From: Amoebophrya sp. A120
Taxonomy: Eukaryota > Protista > Dinoflagellata
Direction: 5' to 3'
DNA length: 64,000 bases
Assembly (NCBI GenBank): GCA_905178155.1
Contig: CAJINV010000019.1
Span: 14,237 to 78,236, forward strand
In this document: piece by piece, positions 49,664-62,200 of the stretch
Numbering within the stretch: the stretch's first letter is position 1
How the letters are laid out: each line of letters opens with the position of its first letter
Translations under genes and position numbers: made by a program
The notes under the pieces: generated by a model
The model's database searches: none
What the model was told of the DNA's origin: nothing
The model's input: the letters and a program-made list of their open reading frames with translations, nothing else

Positions 49664-50550
49664 CGCATCAATTCTTCAGTTTGGATGGGTTTCTTTTTTC
49701 GTTTTTTCATGGATCTTGTTGTAGTTCTCTTAGTAGCGACGTCACTCTTTGCTACAGCTGTTGGCGCCGCCCAGGAGAAGAGCTGGAGACTTTCTTTCCA
49801 TGCAAAGATCATGCAGATGCATCGCCGAGATGTGGAAAAATGAACAATGGCTCGCGAAAGAGCTGGCTAGACAAGACGGTAAAGTCACTACAGGCCAGGA
49901 CATGCAGGCGCGGCGGACAAAAACAGCCTAATACAGACACAACCGAACGGAAGATACATTTTCACAGGTGGAAGACAAGAACAATATCTTATTGTTCGCT
50001 TTCGCTTCGAACAGTGCTAGTTGCTGAAGATGGTATGGTATGACCAGAGACAGCGGTCCCATTTACCAGCACGCGTGCGCTTTTTATACGTTGATGATGG
50101 AACATGTCGAGCAGCTTTGTTGTTTATTGATGTATTAAGCGTGCGGAGGTTTGTTTTCATGTTGCATTCATCTAATGGGTTGTGGTATTTTCTATGCAAA
50201 AAATAAAACACGACGGTATCAGAGGATGTCTAATATTTCACTTTGTGACCACGACCTTGCTTCATGGCATTTCGGGATAAATAAATCAAAATTTTAGTTG
50301 CCGTAGTTCCAGCAACATATGTGCCAACTTCTTGATTTGCAAAATTTAGGTTTCGATGACATGAACAGATTCAGACAGGTGGGTTCCAAAAACTACACCT
50401 TCCGGTGTCCAATACTACTTCCCATTAAGTAGATCCAGCAGTTGCAGCACATTGAAAAAAACACTTCACTGCACATTCCGAACAACCCACACGACAAAAG
50501 CATCCCGCCCGAGTCCGACTGTTCCGCCTTGCCCAGTCACACGCGTTCTC

Positions 50551-52702
50551 CTACCGCCCGCGCCGCGTCCCGTAGGTAAAGTGCAGGGCAAACATGGCGA
50601 TCGCCACCAGGAAGAAAAACACCGCGCACATGAACAACAACAGCAAGAATCTCTTGTCCTGTTCCTTTTGCGCCTCGGACCGAATCGCCGGATCTTCATG
50701 CTCGCAATTCTCCCAGTCGAATTGCCGTTTGCTGCGTTCGAAAAAGTCGTCCAGTGCCATCTGTTCCTTCGATCGTTTTTTACCCTTGTTCGCGGAACCC
50801 TCATCGTCGGCGTCGTGGTCTTTCAACCATTCAAATTGCTCTAAGCCACTAGAAGTTCTTTTAGAGGACGTTTTACTGGTAGAATTGGCTGCTTCTTTTC
50901 CAGCGAAAAGCTTCGTTTTCAGCTTGGTATTCGTTGTGGAAGAAGTGCTGGAAATAAGTCCCGCTGAGGTCGTGGCGGTGGTTGTGCTGGAATTGCTGTG
51001 CCCATCGGAAATTTTTGATGTTGACATCGCGTCCTCTTCATCGGTCGTCGTCACATCGGTTTTATTGTTTTTCATCTGCAAAAATTTCTTCTCTTCTGCG
51101 GCAATCAGTTCATTGAGCTCCATTTCCTGCTTTTTCTTTTCCAATTTTAACTGCTCGATCCGTTTTCTCGTTATTTCCTCGTCTTGGTTCTTGCTGGAGT
51201 TTGGACTTTTGGTTTTTTCATTATTTGTAGCGGAACTGCTACGTTCTTGTTTAGAAGTACTTCCAACAACGCGTCGCCTGACCGTGTTCGTCGTTGCTAC
51301 TTCATCTATTTCTTCCGCCAATTGGTTCCTAGTGCTGTAGTTCTTGGCTCCAACTGGAGGTTCTTGTTCTACTCCGATCGGGGATGAATTGGTCGACGGC
51401 GCTTCTTCCTGGTGCGTCCCCTCGACGAAGTAAGTTTCCTTCTTGTTGTCTTCGGAAGAAATATCCTGTTTAGCTTGTTTTATTTCCTCCGCGGAGTTCA
51501 CATTCTGATTTTTCATGCCGATCTGTTTCTTCGCCATCTCCGCTCCTTTCGCTTTGTACTCTTTCTTCTTTTCCACCAACCGCACCCGCAGAGCCCGCAC
51601 GTCTGCGTTCCCCGGTTCTAATTTTTCCGCGTGGGAAACAGCGACCTCCGCGTTCTCAAAATTGTCGGTGGCGAGGTAGGCGGAGGCGCGGCGGAAATAG
51701 GCTTTGACGCTGTTCGGGTCGATCAACAGGGCCTGGTTGCACTGGATGAGGACCTGAGTAGAGGTGATTATTGTGAAACTGCATCATCACAAGTTTGTTT
51801 TGTTTTCCATCAAATGAAAAAAAATATCATGCGCGCCTCCAAGCGGAAAAACACCCTAAAATCCACAGGCTTGCATATGAACCTAGCAACAAGAGAAACG
51901 ATTCTGTCATACATTTTCTGCATCAGAAGTTTACTCTAGTGAAGCAGTTCATTTTCCTATACGATAAAGTTCCAGAATTGTACCTCCTTCCACTCCTCCA
52001 ACTGCATTTTGCACGCCGCCATGTTCAGGTGCACCGCTAACTTGATCCGGTCCAGTTCCTGCTCCTGTTCCTCCGTGTCCGGAAACGAGTAGTCGAAGTA
52101 CAGCAGCGCCTTCCGGTAAAACACGCTCGCCTTGCCGTAGTTCTTCTCCTTGAAGGCTTCATTTCCCTGCACCCGGAAACTGTCGGCGGCCGCAATTTTT
52201 TCCTCTGTCGGTTTTTCGTAGATCGCGATCTCCTTTTGGTGGTCGTGTGCGCAGGAGCCCGGGGGAATGTTGTCCCGCGCGAACTTCGTTTTTTCTTCCA
52301 GCTTCTCAATTTCTTCCTGCTTCTCGATCTCCTTTGCCAACTTCTCGTGCTTGCCGTAGTCGATCTCGGATACCTGGAAAAAGCGTTTTCGTTGCAGTTG
52401 TTTTTTTGGTCGTGCTGAATGATGAAAGTAAGCGGCTTCATGTGTATATACCATTTTGCTTTTTGTTTTTGCAATACCAATACCGATGAGCCGACATATA
52501 TTTTTCTCGTCAAATATCTCACTTTTCATACCTTCATGATCCCCCGGTCGTCTTTCCGCACCTCGGCCGTCTTCAAATCGTTCAATTTCTTCTCCTCGGC
52601 CGTGACTTTCGGCTTTTCCCCGTCCTGCCAATCTTGCACGAGGAGGCTGGCCATCTTGTGGGCCTCCTCCGAAGTAGTCACTTCCAGAGTGCTGGGCGCC
52701 AT
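50551..52702 (-). CDS. TPR co-chaperone-like protein with C-terminal tail anchor
   Basis: GNEAFKEKNY, HLNMAAC, VKAYFRRA (FKBP/Hop-type TPR clamp). C-terminal hydrophobic FLLLLFMCAVFFFLVAIAMFAL. Two GT-AG introns, no introner. Confidence 0.85.
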
Positions 52703-54690
52703 GGTGAGGATAATCAAAGATAATGACAGAATGAGTTGCGCATTCGCATACTTACTTTTGGAAATGGCAGCGAGCAATATTTTCATGGAGTAGAGCACGC
52801 AAGGAAAGGAACGAGATGCGCTGCTCTTCTGGGCTGCAGTAAGCAGTGTCGGTAGAGTTCTAAGGCAGTTTCACGCCACCGCGGGCACTTGTTCGTAGAT
52901 GTGCGTTTGCGTATTGTTAAGCACCGTTGGCACGCCGCAAAATATGTGAACAACCAGGAACAGATCGAAACGAGTGTGAGTGAGGCTTAAGCGGCGCCCG
53001 GGTCCGCTTCTGTTTTGCGTGTAGAGTGAAGACATCGATGAGAAAGCGGCAGCGGCGCGACAGGAAGATGGCCCACTAGCCAGCGTTCATCAACCGGGGC
53101 CCAGGCAAAAACGCTTCGAGTTCCCTGCCTAAACAGCAAGCGAGGCAGAATCTCCTCGCGCCGCCTTAGCCTAGCACACCAATCACGCGCGCGCGCTAGG
53201 CACCTGGCTGCACCTCGGAGGCGGGGTAGGGACCCGGCCTAGGCCGCTCGGCTGCCTGCGGAGCGGGCCCCGCCCCGCAGAAAAGCCAACGAAGCAGGCA
53301 GGGCGCGCGGGGCAGAAATAGCACAGGCACCATCACACCAGAAACCGAAGCGCCCCACCAATGCCTGTAGCAGGCTGGCAGGACGGACTTCCAGGCGGCC
53401 GGGCTTCGCGGGGAGGGCACAAAGAAAAGGGCGGGCGCCGCGGGGCGCCAGCGGCCGGGCCCAGCCGCGGGGAGCGGCCCCACCGGGCGCGCGGGCGCTT
53501 ATTTGAAAAAGGCCAAGCAACTGGCTTGCTGGCGCGTTTTTTCGAGCCGAACGCTACCGGAGTGCTTTTAACGAATGTCGGCCCGGGGTCTGTCAAACGC
53601 GGCCGAGGCCTCGAAGCTCGCGAACTGCGCAACCGGCTGCGACACGGTCGCGCGTTGTGTACCCTGCCCGGCGCGCTGCCCGCCCGCCCGGCGCGTCTCT
53701 GGCCCGCTCGGACGAACCGCCCGGCGCATAACAAACATCGCAGCCCCGCGGCCGGCCCCGAATAAACTGGGGCGGGCGCCGCTGGGAATGCGCGCGGCGC
53801 CATGCGGGCACTAAATTCGGGCGCGCTCCAATTCCGGGAGCCTGGCGGCCATGCTGCCACAGACACGCCGCGCGCGCACAAGGAAGTGGCCGCCCGCTTC
53901 CGGCCCGAGCAAGCAACGCGCCGGCGCGGCAGCATCCAGAGCCGGGCCCGCTGGGGACCGGGGCAAATATGGACGCGCTCCATCGGCTTCCGGCCTTTCC
54001 CAAGGAGGCCGCTCGCGAGCTCTAGTTTCCAGAGGCCTCGGAGGTGCTCTGCCAAAACACGCGCGACCGTCGGCGGGGGCGACTTTCCAAGCTGCGGCAC
54101 CTGCGCCCGAGTCATTGGCAACCAAGACGCGCGCCCAGCGCAGTCGTGTCGGTATTGAATTGCCCCGCTTGCGTCGTACTCGATGGATTTCGTACACGGG
54201 TGGCGCCTTGTCCGAACCGGGCATGTGCCCACTGCTGCCCTTCTTCTAGGGCTGCTCTGCGTCATCTCTTATCGGGCTCCGCCATTCTTTCGTCAACGTC
54301 GAGGGAGCAGGTGAGAACACAATTTGAAAAACTGCAGTTGCTATATATCTCAACAAAAGCCCTCGTCGTGCGCAATCGTCGGCGTTTTAGGGAAATTTGG
54401 CATGCAACTGTTCAGTAAGAAAAGCTTGTTGCTGTGTTTTATCCTATCGTAACGGTTCCAGTAAAGCCCAGATAAGATTTTTTTTCCGGCTTGAGCTTCG
54501 AGTCAAAGTCACATATCAAAATGAAATAAAATCACGGCTACACTTACTACAGCCTCTGTTTTTTTCCGTGCCTTCGGTTCAGCGAAATCTCTAGAAAAAA
54601 ACCTTGCGATCTAAATGAAGCGCATTAGTACAACAGAACACGATGCTGGAAGAGCCCACCAAGAACAAGGACTTCCTCACCATTCCCAAC

Positions 54691-57600
54691 CTACAAATCA
54701 TCCTCCGGAAACCCGCTGCCTCCCAGATTCCCGCCAAATCTCGACGTTGTCGAGGCCGAGCTCTTGCTGGTCGCCGGGGTGGTTTGCGCTTGCTTCTTAC
54801 TCCCCGCCCCGCCGTACTTGTTCATCATGCTCCCGGTCGGCAAGCTGGACGTGCTTCGGCTCGTGTTCGACATGCCCCCCCGGTTGAACAGATTCGCTGC
54901 GCCAGCAGTACTGCTGCTCGCAGCTCCCGCCGAAGAACTACCCGCTGCTGCGTTGCCTCCTGTGCCCCCTTTCGCGGTTGCGGTGCCTGGGGTGGAGCCG
55001 GATCTTTGCGAAATCGGGGTGGACCGCTGGGACACCGGCGTCCGCCCGCTGTTCGAAGAGCCCGCGAGGCTGCTCGCAAAGGTAGACTTCGGCGCGCCGC
55101 CGGCGGACAGGTCCCGGCCGGCCACCCCCGCGCCAATCATCATCCCGAGCGGCGGGGCGTTCTGCTTGCGTTTCGGCATAGAAGAACCACTAGTATTAAC
55201 CGGGTTGGTCGTTGAGGAAGAGGAGCTGGAGGCGGACAGGGTTGTAGTTGTTCCTGGATTATTAAAATTACCTCCAGCAGAAGTGCCACCAATTTTCGGC
55301 GTGACATTTTTGTTCTTGGTCGGGGAAAACGGCGGTCGCATGTTCGCCCCGGTGCCACTAATACTACTCGTTCCCAGTCGGATCTCCGCGGTTTTCGGGA
55401 CAGAGCTTGAAGTGGTCGAAGACGGCGTTTTCGAGACGTTGGTCGACGTCGGGCCAGCTACTGTGGTTCCGTGGTGCACAATGTTAAACGGCGCGGCGAT
55501 GCTCTGCGATTGGTTTTCGCCCGCGTCCGAGGGGGTGGCGCCGAACGCGGTGGTGGAGGGGGCCACGGTGGAGCCCGGCGCCTGCTTGGTCATGGCGGGC
55601 GAGGGAATGGAAATATCGTCGTCTGACATGCCCTCGTATGCATTGCAAAAGTATCGCAGTCGTATAAATGCATTGCAAATTTCTCCAGCATGAGAAATAA
55701 AATTTGTCATGCGCCGGATTTCCCTTAAGAAAAAAATTTGTGATGCATGACTGCAATTACTACGAGTACGATACTTTTGCACAGGATACCTCGTCCATAT
55801 CGTCACCGAGAATCCCGAGGATGTCGTCGAAGTTGTCCCCTGACAGTGAGTGTTATAGTTTTTCACTTTCCGATGCAGCATGAGCATGACAAAGGGCGTC
55901 TGTGATGCGTAGACATGCAAGCGAGATAGGAATAAGTCACACGCTAACGCTGATAGATAAGTATCTGTCCCAGCGCATTCATTGTTCATACCTTTTTTGC
56001 TCGACGTTGTGGCTCCCCCCGCGTGTCGTGTTGCTCCAACTACCGCATTCCCGCGAGGACCAGCACTACCACTGCTGCCTCCGCCTACGACTGGATCCAT
56101 CTCATCTGGAATTCCGTCGTCTTCCTGCAAATCCAACGACAATACCGGGACCTGTTCCTTCTGCCCCCCGGTAATGGTAATTGTCGTCGTCTGCATTGCC
56201 TGTTTCTCTTTGCTACTCGCCGTCGCGACGCTGCTTCGCGCAGATGAATTTTTGTTCATCTCCCCCTTATTCGCGTAGAAATTTTTGCTGTAATTGTTCC
56301 GCGCACTGCTCGCCGGCATGGGACTGGCGCCAAAGTCGTTGTTGCCGTCTGGGTGTTGGTTATCCAGAAGAACCTCCCTCGCTTCTTGCAACAGAGAAGG
56401 GATATTGCTGGTGTGGACGCTTGGCGTTGTGTCGGGAGGAGGATTTGCTGCGCTTATGGTAGCGCTGCTTTTGTCAGGTTGAAAGTAGTTGATGTTGTAA
56501 TCCTCGCCTGCTTTCGCTCTTGCCTCCTCATCTTGTTGCCCGAAAGAGGACCGACCTGCGCTCGGGTCGTTGACACCTTTTAGCAATTCCATGCTGTCCG
56601 CCCCGGTTCGGACGCTGTCGTCCATCAGGTTGTTTTTGTTGAAGGATGCGTTTCGCGGCGTCGCAGGCTTCTTGTCCGCCGGAAACAGGTTTTCTTCCTC
56701 GTCGTCTTCGGAGTCGGACAAGCCCAAACCGTCTAACTCGTTCACTTTTGGATTGTTCTGGTCCAGAACCACAACCGGTTTGGATTTGCTCCCTTTATTT
56801 ATCGTAAGGAAAAATCCCCCCTCCCCATATCAAAACTAAATTTCTGATGCTGGATTTGGATACACAAATCAGATGTGTGTTGCAGGAAGGCATGGCGGCC
56901 AGATCCGCAGGCTAGCTGGGGGCGTATGGGTCTAGTTGCTCAGCATGGCAAGCGGCCTCCCTTTAGGCCCAACAGCATGACAAATCGCTTCCATAATGGG
57001 GCGGAAGCTTCTGCCCTTGTCTTCTTGCAAGACAGCTGCGATTTGTGACCTCAAATCAGCAACGCAAATTTTCGGAAACATACCTTTTCGATATGGGGAG
57101 GGGGGATTTTTCCTCTCAATATTATTCGCTGCAGCTGTGGTTCCGATGTCCCGTGGGGAAGCTAGTCGCGGGGACTGCTTGTACGAAGTGATCTTCGGCT
57201 GCTGGTTCGCAGACAGATTGAGCTTCGCAACAATCGCGTCATCCACTTTATCCGCCGTCATGGTCGCGGCGTCACCTCCACCTCCTGCGGCCCCACTTAA
57301 ACCTTTCACCAATTGGTCCTCAATCGCGCCGGAAGATTGCGACTGGGAAATCGTTTTATTCGAGCTGGAAGACGTATTGTTCATTTGTTGGAATTCCTCA
57401 ACGTGATCTGTCGACTCCTGCGGCCTTTCCTCCATCGCGGACACCATGGAGGAGGATGTGTTGGTGTTCGTGATGTTCGCGTTCTGGATGATTTCGGACA
57501 GTTTGATCTCTGCCGGGCTGATTGACGGCAGTTTTTTACTTGAGATCATTTTCTGTCCGGAGGCCGACGAGGAGCCTCCAGCTGCAGTCCCACTTCCGGT

Positions 57601-58695
57601 CTTCACCGCGGAAAACGTTCCCGTTTCGTCCGCAGACTCCGAGGCGGAGGAGGAACTGGAAGACGGCTTCTGGGAATCTTCCGCGCCGTTGTTGTCCAGC
57701 AGTGTCGCTTATCAAATGTAAAAATGTCTGGGTCTGGGAACTTGTGATGCTGGGTAGCGTCTCATGATGAAGCTACAAATGCTGGCGCAGCATGACAAGT
57801 TTCTGAGCTCCTACGTGTTGCCTATTCTGCATGACAAACTGCACTTCTGCATCACAGGAAAACGCAGCTCTTGGGTAACGTGCATGACAGATTTAAGAGT
57901 CATGCCAGACAAGCATGACAAACATTAATTCTTCCAGACCCAGACATTTTTGCAATGCATATCGCTTTGAAGGCGTTTTCGTCTTGCTCCACAATTTTCC
58001 TTAACGTCGTATGGCGTTCTCAAATGTTACATGCTCAGCTGTTACATGGATTTGTTATGCAAGAGGGGCAAAAGTGAAAGGAAGGACCTTGCGCGTCTTG
58101 CATGACAGACTTGGCACAGATTTTCGGCCTATTTGGCCTTCTGAAAATTTGTCACGCGAAGCAGCTTGATGGTGTCGATAGTCAAGGCAGTTTTGCATGA
58201 CAAATCCATGTAACAGTTAAGAATGTAACGTTTGAGAACGCCATACGTCGTCAAAGACCGGTTGCTCGAGGTGGATTTGTTCTGCTCTAAAGACAAAATC
58301 GTCGACCCGTCGGACGGAAGGTCTGCCACAGACTGGACATTATTCGTTGTCGTGTTCTCGCCCGGGTTGCTCGGGGAAGAGGCGGAGGGTTGCAGTTGCC
58401 CGGCCCCTCCTGGGTGCGTCACAACCATGGAACTACTCGCCGCTATATTGTGAAAATCATGCTGGCCACCTCGTCGGCCTGAAGAACCAGCGGTTGCACT
58501 CGGGGGGCCCAAGACCATCGGGTTGCTGTTCAACGTTCCAGGAGTCCCTCCTGCCAGTGAGGTCCCCTTCTGCGAAGATGACACATTCTGTGCGGTAGCT
58601 GGGAACAGATTGTCATCCAGAAGACCGTTCAGCGCGGCCGTGGTTGGAGAAGTTTGCTCCTCGTCGTGCTGGTGTGCGGCGGTCGGAAGAATCAC
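54691..58695 (-). CDS. Long S/T/G-rich low-complexity protein; may be the 3' part of the gene starting at 63319
   Basis: Frame continuous across four introners and GT-AG intron 55840..55991. No clear ATG at the 5' end. Confidence 0.7.
55637..55788. mobile_element. Introner family D
   Basis: TSD cctcg/cctcg. Confidence 0.9.
56800..57121. mobile_element. Introner family C
   Basis: TSD ttatt/ttatt. Confidence 0.9.
57710..57961. mobile_element. Introner family A
   Basis: TSD tcgct/tcgct. Confidence 0.9.
58010..58245. mobile_element. Introner family E
   Basis: TSD cgtcg/cgtcg. Confidence 0.9.
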
Positions 58696-59200
58696 TTGCT
58701 GCGGGGACGAGTCTTGGTGACCTGTGGAGTTATATGGTTGCGAGTGTCAATAACAATATGGCCGGAAGTCACGTTTCGTTTTCAGCTCGTAGTACCCGCC
58801 AAGCGAAACAGATTCTCCAACGATTTCCAAAATTCGAAATTTGAACCCACGAGCTGTAGTTGAAGATACACTGTTGCTTCAAAATAAATATCGAGCCTAC
58901 TTACCCCTCTTGCTGCCACTCCGAAACTGGGAGTTCACTGTGCGTCGAACTGGCTCGCGAGGCGACATGCTGGCGGCCGGGTTAATGTAGTCCTCATTTG
59001 CCAGGTTATTTTCGTACCTGCATTGATGTATCAATATGTAGTGTGTGAAGATCTAGAAGCATAATAAAGACCTTGGGAAGAAGATTTTGCAGCAGTGAAG
59101 CATAGAACTTGATGTACCGGTAGTGGGCTACCGCACAGATTATGTCTTCTGATTCTGACTGTGATAAACCAAAAAACATATGATGGTACAACATCGAGAT

Positions 59201-62200
59201 CTAGTACGTGCTAAATATGAGAAACACGAACCTTTTGTTCCTCCTCTGAGGGGGCTGCTGGCTCGTCCTAGAAACGTTTCGGCTGCTCAATTCCCGGGAC
59301 GTTGATAGCGTTAAATCGTCCTGCCAGTGCCTGCTAAATTCCGAAATCGACTTCAGCAGGTCGCCCTTTGCAGAGGGATCCATAACGGAGAGAGCGCTGG
59401 CAACCTGAAGGGACGGTCGATAATTATTGCTGTACATAAACTCGTGGTCAGGTGGGGTTTTTCTTTTTACCCTAGGCGCATACATTCTTCCACTTGCCCT
59501 GGGGAGACCGAAGGAATCTTCATAGTATCGATTTACTTAACAACACAAAACTTTCTATCGCACAAGAAAAACATGCATCTTCATGTTCATCTTTAGTACT
59601 GTATGTGTACTATTACCTGTGATAGCAAGTGCTCAGCTGACTTGTTTGCGATGTCCGTACCGCCAGACGCACTCGGCTCTACTCCGCCCTGTTGTTCTTC
59701 CCCTTTTTTCGGAACAAGTACACCGGTATGACTAGTACTTTTCGCCTGCTGTACTGCCGCTGGCGCAGCGGGAGCTGCCCCTCCAGCATGATTTTCCGGG
59801 GGAGCGGAGCTAACTCCCGCGTGGATCGCCATCCGGCTTAAGAGATCTAAATCCGATTTCATTTCCAACTCGTAGTTTCTCAGTCGCGTGTAGGATTCAT
59901 ACCCTGGGGATCCGTACGTCGGCACATGCTGCTGTGTTGTGGTTGTCGTGGTTTTCTTTGTGGTAGTACCCTCTCCTGTGGTCTGCCCTTGAGGTTGCGA
60001 AGAACTACCGGGAGGCGGTTGGGAGGGCTGGTTGTACCTTTGATAAAGCGCAGACTCGGTGAGCTTCCGTTTGTTATATACGTACGTTTTTGATACGTGC
60101 TCAGGCTGTGGCTGACCCGGACGCTGTCTGCTATGCATGCAAAAAAACGCTGCAAGCATGATAAAGTTAAAGAAAATGACCCAATCTATTACCTCGCCCT
60201 TTCCGCATCGCCCTGCTGTTTTTTCTTTTCCTTCTCCTTTACCGTCCACTGGATTGCGCTCAAAGGGTCCCTATCAAGTGTAAAAATGTCTGGGTCTGGA
60301 AGAATGCAAGATTTGTCATGCATATTTCTCATGACCCATGAAGCCTGTAATGCATGACCTAGCGTCGCAAACTTTTAGAGGGCTTTCTGATGCACCTTCC
60401 GCATGAGAAATGCCCTGTCCGTGTAGCACAAATTGTAGCTCTCTTGCTGGTTATGCAATGCAAATTTTTTTAGAGTCCAAAAACAGCATGACAAGTTCCA
60501 ACTCTTCCAGACCCAGACATTTTTACATTTGATAGTCCCGTCGCTTTTCCGCATTTCGGTACATTTCGGTATGAACTGCAAAAGTGTCTGGGTCTGGAAA
60601 GCTGGAACTTGTGATGCTACCTTTGAACTTTACATAAAATCTGTATTGCATGAACAGCATAAGAGGTGCCATTTGTGCTACGCGGAGAGGGCATTTCCCA
60701 TGCGGTATGAGCATCAGAAAGCCCTCGCAGAAAATCTGATGCTAGGGCATGCATCACAGACCTCATGGGTCATGGAAAATCTGCATGACAAACTTCTGCA
60801 TTCTTCCAGACCCAGACATTTTTGCATTTGATATTCGGCGCGCTGCTGCAAGAACCGATCCGTGGAGTTTCTGCCGTAGGTTGTGACCCCCTCCTGAATT
60901 TCCTTCACTAAGTCTTCCAATGTGGTAATGTCGACCGTTTGCGGTGCGTGCTGCAGGTAGTTCTCACCGGTATTTTGTTCGTAGCCAATACCAATAGTTT
61001 AATATCAAATGTAAAAATATCTGGGTCTGGAAGAGTCATGCTGTCTTTGCATGACACAGAAGGTCTGGCATGAAAGCTCTGGCATCACAGGTTTCGAAAA
61101 GCTTCCGCAATGCCGAATCCGCATGACAAATCCCCTATTTTTCTGACAGAAAGCGGGCAGCTTTTGCTACGTATGCATGAGAGACTTTTCTGTGTTCTGA
61201 AATACGCATTACAAGTTGCATTCTTCCAGACCCAGACATTTTTACATTTGATATAGTTTCTTGGTTCTCCACATCCATGACCCCTCCACCACCGCTATTG
61301 AGAGGAAACGTCCCCCCTCACCATATCGAAAGGGCGCGCTTTTCAAAATTTGCGATGCTGATTTGTGGCCACAGATCCAGTCTGTCTTGCAAGAGAGCAA
61401 AGCCAGGGCTTCCGCTGCATTTCGCAGGCGATTTGTATTGCTGCTACGCTACCAGGGTAGACGTCTGCCATGCTAAGTGCCTACCCCATGCCACCCCTTT
61501 CCGGGTGTTGTATCTGTCTGCAGCCCTCTACCGCAAGACAAATCCAATTTGCGCACACAAATCCTGCATCACAGATTTCCATTTCGATTTGGGGTGGTGG
61601 CTTCTTTCACTTTGCTAACCGCCCCCGCCCCCCGCCGGCGCCGCGCATCCCCAGGTAAATTTCGAGTTCCACGCATTCTCGCTCTCCTGCCGCACGTCCG
61701 TATTGACGATGAGCTGTTGAGACACAAGGCTGCGCTTCTTCGGGTTGAAATTCTGCCTCTGCTGTATTACAATGAAAAATGCCCCCACCCCAGAACTTGG
61801 CAGCATTTGTATTGCTGCAAACCTTTCATCGAATAGAAACATTCGCCGTCTTGCATATCTCAGCATCACAAATTTTTCATGCTGAATAGCACAAATTTGT
61901 GTTGCAAAGGAGCCCAACAGCAAATCTGTTATGCAAAAGACACGTTGCGCACCTAGATTCTGCATCAGAAATACTCGCAATCCTTTCATGCAAGACAAAA
62001 AGCTTTCATTTGGAAACTTTGCATGACAAACTTTTGCAAATTTCAGGGTCGGGGCATTTTTCATTGTAGTATGCTGCTCCTCCACGTACTTCCGACACTG
62101 GTTTGCGAGCGAGCGATATCAACTGGAAATACGTCTGGATCTGGAAACTTATGATGCAAGGAAGGGAATAGTGAAAACACTGTATAAAAAATGCGCTGCC

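Noticed and set aside
50594-55693. Long plus-strand ORFs (50594..51340, 54764..55693)
   Set aside because: Antisense shadows of low-complexity minus-strand exons.
28776-55788. Nucleosome-length quantisation of introners and their spacing
   Set aside because: Only family D is near 147 bp; other lengths and the 35-60-bp exons do not fit.
54691-56772. 693-aa ORF as a single exon
   Set aside because: It reads through a 152-nt GT-AG intron and a 157-nt introner whose lengths sum to 309, a multiple of 3.
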